Source of the DNA: Nitrososphaeria archaeon
GTDB lineage: Archaea; Thermoproteota; Nitrososphaeria; JACIWG01
Length of the DNA: 64,000 nt
Assembly: GCA_029776065.1 (NCBI GenBank)
Contig: JARVJP010000011.1
Location: 24,662 to 88,661 of the forward strand
Direction of reading: 5' to 3'
The notes below the pieces were generated by a model. The model did no database searches. It was not told the origin of the DNA and was given only the letters and a program-made list of their open reading frames with translations. A program made the position numbers and the translations under genes. This document shows positions 57,834-64,000 of the stretch, in pieces. Numbering within the stretch: position 1 is the stretch's first letter; every line of letters begins with the position of its first letter.

Positions 57834-59372
57834 TTATTGCATAGTAGAGTGGTATATTCCAGATAGTTTTGAATAAGCCTCTTTAAAATTGTTATAAAGA
57901 GGATTATAAACATTGTAGTATTTTTCTCTTGGTTTCACCTCGAACATTACTGGAAGAAGTGCGTCAAGATCTTCAACCTTTTTGTAAACGTTTAAGCCTA
58001 CTGCTGCGGTCAATGCCGCCCCTATGGCCCCAGCATACTGGGGCCACTTAACCACTTGTATGTTCTTTCCTGTTATGTCTGCAAAAATTTGTGCCCAAAC
58101 TTTACTCTTCATTCCTCCACCTATTGAACGTAACGAATTAATTTTAAGTCCTGTAAGTTGTTCAACTAATTCTAATATCCATCTTATGTTATAGGCCACG
58201 CCTTCCATTATCGCTCTAATTAAATGTGCTTTAGTGTGAGTGAAACTTAACCCTATGAAAGCTCCCCGTGCGTAGTCATCTCTTATAGGTGCTCTCTCAC
58301 CCCACATCCATGGTGTGAAAATTAAATTCTTGGCACCAGCATCCACTTTTTTAGCCATTTCATCAATAAGAGTATATGGGTCTTTGCAAGATCTGTTTGC
58401 CTCCTCCAATAAATCTTTTGCAAAGTTGTCTTTAAACCATTCAATACAACTAGAGGCGTTTTCTGTTTCGAAACCAAGTACCCATTTAGTTGGGTCAACA
58501 CCTAGCATAGTAAAAAATCTTCCTTTTGGATCAACATACTTCTCTTTGACTGATAAAGCTACCCAACCAGATGAACCAACATATAAATGTGCTCGCCCAT
58601 ATTTGATAGCGCCAGCGCCAACGACTGCACAAGGAAAATCTCCTGCCCCGCATATAACCGGTGTTCCTTTTTGTAATCCTGTTTCTCTAGCCGCTTGACT
58701 TGTTATCTCACCTACTGTTTCAGTAGACTGGGCAACTTTAGGTAACTTGTCTATCGGTATATCAAGAATTGAGCATACTTCTTTAGACCATTCTCTTTTT
58801 TCGATGTCAAACGCAATTGCTTGAGCACAAGTCAAATCTGTAATAAAATTTCCAGTAAATTTATAAACAATGTAATCTTTGCAATCAAGAATTTTATAAG
58901 CTTGGTTGAAAGTATTTGGTTTATTTTCTTTAAGCCACAAAATCTTGGAAATAGGATCTTTTGCGCTTACATCCAAACCAACATTTTCTTTAATCCACTT
59001 AGCTTGACGCTCACTCCTTAGGTCCAGCCATGTCATGCATGGTCTAAGAGGTTTGCCCTTTTTGTTCACTGGGAGTGTGCCTAGCATTTGGGCACAAAAA
59101 CTAACACCAAGTATGTTATCGGGTGATATCTTAGATGTTTTTATAACTTTTTTTGTTGTTAAAATTACAGCCTTCCACCATTCATCCGGATCCTGTTCAG
59201 CCCAGAGAGGTTTTACATGAATTAATTTGTAGCGTTCCGTCGCGGAACTTATCATGTTTCCTCTCAAATCAGTTATTACTGCTTTTGTTCCACTAGTTCC
59301 TATGTCATAAGCAATTAAATACTTACTATACTCATTGACCATTTTTAAATCATTTATTGAATATAATTTCAA
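57834..59372 (-). CDS. FGGY carbohydrate kinase (xylulokinase-like)
   Basis: DIGTSGTKA, EQDPDEWW, GAGD, GERAP, EGVA and GGG motifs; probable start 59342. Confidence 0.92.
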   Translation of the reverse strand: MKLYSINDLKMVNEYSKYLIAYDIGTSGTKAVITDLRGNMISSATERYKLIHVKPLWAEQDPDEWWKAVILTTKKVIKTSKISPDNILGVSFCAQMLGTLPVNKKGKPLRPCMTWLDLRSERQAKWIKENVGLDVSAKDPISKILWLKENKPNTFNQAYKILDCKDYIVYKFTGNFITDLTCAQAIAFDIEKREWSKEVCSILDIPIDKLPKVAQSTETVGEITSQAARETGLQKGTPVICGAGDFPCAVVGAGAIKYGRAHLYVGSSGWVALSVKEKYVDPKGRFFTMLGVDPTKWVLGFETENASSCIEWFKDNFAKDLLEEANRSCKDPYTLIDEMAKKVDAGAKNLIFTPWMWGERAPIRDDYARGAFIGLSFTHTKAHLIRAIMEGVAYNIRWILELVEQLTGLKINSLRSIGGGMKSKVWAQIFADITGKNIQVVKWPQYAGAIGAALTAAVGLNVYKKVEDLDALLPVMFEVKPREKYYNVYNPLYNNFKEAYSKLSGIYHSTMQ

Positions 59373-59433
59373 TTGCTATATAAAACTTTTATAACATAAC
59401 CTATAGCTCATTATATTGTCTTTTTAGAATAGG

Positions 59434-60393
59434 TTACCCACTGGTAAAAAGATAACTTTTAACACTCTTCTCATCAATATTAATTATACAACCACGAAGG
59501 ACTCCCTCGCCATACTCACTTCCAGGGTTAATGCATAGTGTCTGATTAATTTTTTCAGCGCCTCGTGACTCATGTATATGTCCATGAAGACCCAAGAGTG
59601 GGCCGTATTTTTCAATACTTTTACGGACTGCTATACTGCCTACAGGAATCATTAATGGTGAACCACCCGACATAACTGGAGTTAAGTTTTCATCAACTTT
59701 TGGTGCAATGTCAAGTAAAGTATTAAATGGTGGGCAGTGAAAGTTGAAAATGCAGCTGCTTATGTTTCTAACTCTGGAAGCCATATCTTCAATTTTTTCA
59801 ATCAATTTTTCTTCTGGGATATCTCTAGGTGCATTCCATGGAGTAGTATTACTATATCCTGTACTTATCATCTCATGTTTATCATCTAAATAAACAACTT
59901 TTCCTTCTGGATTAATTATATAGTCTCCTTCAAGACCTTTGAATGCTTGATCAATTATGAAGTCGTCGTCATTACCTGGTAAAAGAAATAATTTGACATT
60001 TTTCCCCTTTAAATGTTTTTCAGCCATCAGCAACCATCTCCTTATAGATTCTAGCATTAAGTCTTTAAAAACTAAATCCTGTTTCTTTTTATTTGATTTA
60101 AATTCTTCAAGTTCCTCTTGAGTGGTACACCAAGGATACCATCCATTAACTCTAATTTCATTTTTTACTTTTTCTAATTCTTCCATGTTTTTCATCATAT
60201 AACTTGCTCCTAATAACTTTGTTACGAACGTCCCATCCTTTTGTCTTATTATAGGAATTATTGCTTTTCCAGTAAGGTCACCACATACATTAATTATATT
60301 TGGTTTATATAGATCTATACTACGAAGAAGTTTACTAAAGCAGAATTCAGAGCCGTGAAGATCTGATACGTGAAATATTCTTGTTAATTTCAT
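59434..60393 (-). CDS. Icc-related metallophosphoesterase
   Basis: SDLHGS, GDLTGK, PGNDD, HCPP, HGHIHE and NPGSEY motifs. Confidence 0.88.
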   Translation of the reverse strand: MKLTRIFHVSDLHGSEFCFSKLLRSIDLYKPNIINVCGDLTGKAIIPIIRQKDGTFVTKLLGASYMMKNMEELEKVKNEIRVNGWYPWCTTQEELEEFKSNKKKQDLVFKDLMLESIRRWLLMAEKHLKGKNVKLFLLPGNDDDFIIDQAFKGLEGDYIINPEGKVVYLDDKHEMISTGYSNTTPWNAPRDIPEEKLIEKIEDMASRVRNISSCIFNFHCPPFNTLLDIAPKVDENLTPVMSGGSPLMIPVGSIAVRKSIEKYGPLLGLHGHIHESRGAEKINQTLCINPGSEYGEGVLRGCIINIDEKSVKSYLFTSG

Positions 60394-60397
60394 GCAA

Positions 60398-61180
60398 TTA
60401 ACCTCCTATTTCATCGACTTCAGAGTACCATTTCTTCTTCGTACCTATCTTTGAACGTAATCTCCAAGATAGAGTTTTCGGCTCACATTCAATAATGTCT
60501 AAAAGTTTATCGATTTTTGATCTAATATCTGTATTATCTTTTTTGGATATCCATTCATATTTATCTAGCATTTTTTGAACTTTATTTAAATTTGTTTTTA
60601 CGGTGTAGTAAAATCCCCAGTCGCTTGACAATAATTGGGCAATATATTTCGCATTAATTAAATCATTATCATTATCTCCGATCTCATGTGTTGCAAGGAG
60701 TAGTATCGTGTCCTTAATATCCTTCTCATTTATTTTCACTATCTGCATTTTTTCTAAGAGTAGCATAGCAATAGGAATCGTAGGATAATCGACCTCAAGT
60801 TTTTTATTAAAATAAATTGTATGGCACATTTCCAGTTTGTCCACAAAGACGTCGATGAATTTTTCCAAGTTGTCTCGTTCAAAATATCGTAACTGTTTTC
60901 CTCCGTGAATTATGTTAAATCTTGTAAAAGGAACATAACCTTCTTCAATAAATAAAGAATCAAGACTAGGTGAATCTCTCGAATATGTAGCAAAGTCTAT
61001 GTCAGTAAGCTTTCTTTCATTTGTAAATGCACTTAAAATTGGGCAGCTTGGAGGTACATGAACTCTAATAGCGCATGCGCCAATTAACCTTAAAATTAAA
61101 TTCTTTTCTTGTGCCTTCTCAATTAAATGCAAAGCGTCATTAATAAGATCTTTTGAATTTACGTGAGTATTTCCTTTCAC
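60398..61180 (-). CDS. Uncharacterised nucleotidyltransferase-fold protein
   Basis: LRLIGACA, DIDF, DVF and LLLEKMQIVKINEKDIKD motifs. Confidence 0.72.
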   Translation of the reverse strand: MKGNTHVNSKDLINDALHLIEKAQEKNLILRLIGACAIRVHVPPSCPILSAFTNERKLTDIDFATYSRDSPSLDSLFIEEGYVPFTRFNIIHGGKQLRYFERDNLEKFIDVFVDKLEMCHTIYFNKKLEVDYPTIPIAMLLLEKMQIVKINEKDIKDTILLLATHEIGDNDNDLINAKYIAQLLSSDWGFYYTVKTNLNKVQKMLDKYEWISKKDNTDIRSKIDKLLDIIECEPKTLSWRLRSKIGTKKKWYSEVDEIGG

Positions 61181-61409
61181 TTTACCTCCCGAATTTTATA
61201 AAAGCCTTACTATTTAAATTTTCATCTTTTTTATATATAAAAGCAAGAAATATATATTTTTGCCACGTTTTCTGTAATTGCTGAATGATATATTTCATAT
61301 ATTTATATAAGGGTAACTCTTGTGTTAGCTAAATCATATCTCACTATGTGGATTGAGTGCTCCCGTTTTCTTGAAAAGTCTTATTTATAATAAAAAAGAA
61401 AAGGGGTGA

Positions 61410-63005
61410 TTATTCTGGAGGTACCTCTTTGTAAACTAGTGAAGTGTCAAGTCCTCTACGTGACCAATAGATCTTCGATAGTAGCCAGATTATGGGACCT
61501 AAAAGCAGTAGAATAATCATGAATATCCATACCCCTATATTTGGTGGCCCACCATATTCAGGGTGAATAATGACATAGATGGCAGCAAATGCGAAGAAAG
61601 TAAATGATATAGCCGCTGATAAGAGCGTTAGTACTTTGTGTTTTTTTACCACGTCAGCGTGTTCATAGAGGTTTTTTCCAATTACTGGGAACAACAGTAC
61701 TGAGGCTGCTATAAGTACAATATTTAATAGACTAATTGATCTGTAGGGCAGCCCTATGTATACGACGCCTGCGGCGTAATAGCAACTAAAAGCTAAGCCA
61801 ATCTCATATATTATGCCGAAGAAAAGTATGTTGACCCAAGGGGTATGATGTTTTTTATCAACTTTTGAAAAGAATGTTGGAAGAAATCTGTCAAAGCTAA
61901 AGGCTAGCCAATAACGACTTGACACTATATAGGAAACAGCTACTAGACCAAGACATCCACTTAACAGCCCAAGTGGTATTATCACTGCGAGGATAGGGTT
62001 TAAGCCTGTTGCAATAACCGCGTAGAGGAAAGGATCGGCAGGAGCTGGAACTGTCCATAATTCTGGTTTACTGTAAAAAAGATACATTGAGCTATAAATG
62101 AATTTTTGGCCGACTACATTCTGCTGTGCCCAACACATTATGAATAATACTACTGCTCCTAAAGCGACGCAAGCTAAAGTTGCTATTGGTATACTTCTTC
62201 TTGCAGACTTTATCTCACCTGCAAATGAGATCGACGCTGCATATCCAATGTTCATTTCATAAGTGCAGGCTATAAGACCGAAAAGTGCTCCAAATGTGCC
62301 AAGGCCTATAGGTATATACTCATAGCCATTGCTTATAGCAGTGTTAATAACCTGATCGTATGTTAAGTAAGACCCAAATAAGTTGTTCCATTGTGTTATA
62401 AAGTATTGGTTAGAACTGAATAATAAAGTGAATCCAGACACTAAACCAGCAATAGTTCCAAGAATAGCCATCGTAGATATCCATTTAAGAGATAGTTTAA
62501 GAGATTTAATATTTACTATGGCGAAGACCCAGATCAATATTGAGACGATGAGAAACCTCACATTAGGATCTTGGAGTGTTGTTGAAATCGAGGACATCGC
62601 TGGGTTGTTCAAAGAAATACCTAAACATGTAAAGATTGTACCTAACCCGCCATAGATACCCCAATCTATAAATCCGGGAGTGACTAAAGCACCAATTACT
62701 TGTAGAGCGAATATCGTTGACGTTACAACGTAGGGTGGAAGTATTCTACTTGCCCACACGTAATCTCCTCCTGATCTAGGAAACTGACTAGTCATAATTG
62801 ATAGAAGTATTGCGTGAGTAGTGACAGGTATTAGACTTAGCAGAAAAATTGTTGGAACATCCCATCCTGGGAACATCCACGCTGTAAGAAATACATAAAA
62901 TCCTGGTAATCCGATTTGAAGTTGTGCTATATTAGACATTAGAGCTTGGAACCACGAAGCCTCTCTAACCACGCCGGTGGCCTTCCTTGTAAAGACTTCA
63001 GCCAT
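61410..63005 (-). CDS. APC-family permease
   Basis: FTRKATGVVRE, PRSGGDYVWASR, AGEIK, AFSFDRFLP and C-terminal EVPPE motifs. Confidence 0.9.
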   Translation of the reverse strand: MAEVFTRKATGVVREASWFQALMSNIAQLQIGLPGFYVFLTAWMFPGWDVPTIFLLSLIPVTTHAILLSIMTSQFPRSGGDYVWASRILPPYVVTSTIFALQVIGALVTPGFIDWGIYGGLGTIFTCLGISLNNPAMSSISTTLQDPNVRFLIVSILIWVFAIVNIKSLKLSLKWISTMAILGTIAGLVSGFTLLFSSNQYFITQWNNLFGSYLTYDQVINTAISNGYEYIPIGLGTFGALFGLIACTYEMNIGYAASISFAGEIKSARRSIPIATLACVALGAVVLFIMCWAQQNVVGQKFIYSSMYLFYSKPELWTVPAPADPFLYAVIATGLNPILAVIIPLGLLSGCLGLVAVSYIVSSRYWLAFSFDRFLPTFFSKVDKKHHTPWVNILFFGIIYEIGLAFSCYYAAGVVYIGLPYRSISLLNIVLIAASVLLFPVIGKNLYEHADVVKKHKVLTLLSAAISFTFFAFAAIYVIIHPEYGGPPNIGVWIFMIILLLLGPIIWLLSKIYWSRRGLDTSLVYKEVPPE

Positions 63006-63135
63006 TGCTCTCTCTTAAACCTTGCCTTACCTCACTTATATACTTTATTACTACTTCATGATTTAACCAAATTTTTTTATTTAAAAACTCTTTTGATAAG
63101 AAAAATTTATAGCTACGACTAATTTAGAATTAAAT

Positions 63136-64000
63136 ATGTCTTCAAAATCTTTATTAGAAAATGTCATTCAACAATTAGAACTCGTTGGGGAGTCTCTAAA
63201 ATTAGATAGAAATATTATAGAATTTCTCAAGCATCCAAAAAGAACGGTTGAAGTGTCTGTCCCAGTTAAGAGAGATGATGGTTCGATCAGCATCTTTAAA
63301 GGTTATAGAGTCCAACATACCGATGCGAGAGGGCCATATAAAGGAGGAATTAGGTATCACCCAGATGTTACATTAGATGAAATTAAAGCTTTAGCTATGC
63401 TAATGACTTGGAAGTGCGCTGTTGTAGACATACCTTATGGGGGTGCTAAAGGGGGAGTGATATGTGACCCATATAAGATGTCTACAAACGAAGTCGAACG
63501 TTTAACTCGTAGATATACTGCTATGGTATCCGATATAATCGGTCCATTCAGAGATGTCCCTGCTCCCGATATAAATACGGGGGCTAGGGAAATGGCTTGG
63601 ATAATGGATACATATAGCCAATTGCATGGTTACTTAATACCTGAAGTCGTAACAGGTAAACCTCTTACTGTGGGCGGTTCTGAAGGAAGGTTAGATGCTA
63701 CTGGGAAGGGTATAGCAATATGTGCTAAAGAAGCTTTAAAGGTATTGGGTCTAGAAAAGACTTCTGTTGCAATTCACGGATTTGGGAAGGTTGGTTCTTA
63801 TGCAGCATATTGGATGAATAAGTTCGGAGTTAAGGTCATCGCTATAAGTACCCATTTGGGAAGCGCTTACGACTCTGGAGGAATAAATGTGGAACTTGCG
63901 ATGGAAATGGGAGTGAACTCAGATGCTCGGCGTATAATGAACTACCCTAAAGGTCAAGTCTCTAAAGACCCTGATGTCCCATTGTATGTGGATGCAGATG
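63136..64000 (+). CDS. gdhA: Second glutamate dehydrogenase, truncated by the window end
   Basis: Translated by hand from ATG 63136: GYRVQH, RGPYKGGIRYHP, YGGAKGG, PAPDIN, HGFGKVG; no stop before 64000 (absent from the ORF track). Confidence 0.92.
   Translation, partial: MSSKSLLENVIQQLELVGESLKLDRNIIEFLKHPKRTVEVSVPVKRDDGSISIFKGYRVQHTDARGPYKGGIRYHPDVTLDEIKALAMLMTWKCAVVDIPYGGAKGGVICDPYKMSTNEVERLTRRYTAMVSDIIGPFRDVPAPDINTGAREMAWIMDTYSQLHGYLIPEVVTGKPLTVGGSEGRLDATGKGIAICAKEALKVLGLEKTSVAIHGFGKVGSYAAYWMNKFGVKVIAISTHLGSAYDSGGINVELAMEMGVNSDARRIMNYPKGQVSKDPDVPLYVDAD

Noticed and set aside
1-64000. Many short ORF-track entries antisense to or nested in longer genes (e.g. 418..675, 2169..2408, 8513..8965, 26116..26610, 58315..58698)
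   Set aside because: They are shadow ORFs of well-supported genes and have no recognisable motifs.
1-64000. CRISPR array, rRNA, integrase or transposase
   Set aside because: No regularly spaced repeat-spacer units, rRNA signatures or recombinase/transposase motifs were seen by eye.

Overview
This is an AT-rich archaeal chromosome segment from a TACK-type lineage. Evidence: TATA/BRE promoters, class III pilin signal peptides, a TFB-like gene, a parvulin and a C/D-box sRNA; a Bathyarchaeia/Nitrososphaeria-like assignment is inference. Most of it is housekeeping or accessory genes: a two-component pair, MFS/CaCA/APC transporters, nfo, two glutamate dehydrogenases, two radical SAM enzymes, uppP and a macro-domain protein. 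Highlights, all from manual reading of the sequence: (1) membrane-tethered LexA-like winged-HTH regulators sit next to surface-protein genes, and four promoters carry a GTTCTA site exactly 10 nt upstream of the TATA box; (2) an unannotated, highly structured ~190-200 nt RNA candidate at ~34730-34930 with its own TATA box; (3) a double-guide C/D-box sRNA at 23504-23573; (4) a LAGLIDADG intein inside a stand-alone LigD 3'-phosphoesterase; (5) a divergent TFB + ParB operon next to a type IV pilus-like locus with one intact and one Walker-A-degenerate ATPase, ending at tRNA-Lys; (6) an orphan metzincin/partner gene pair; (7) an uncharacterised catabolic-looking cluster (APC permease, nucleotidyltransferase, metallophosphoesterase, FGGY kinase, class III aminotransferase, second GDH). 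No CRISPR array, rRNA, integrase or transposase was seen. No database searches or folding programs were run.
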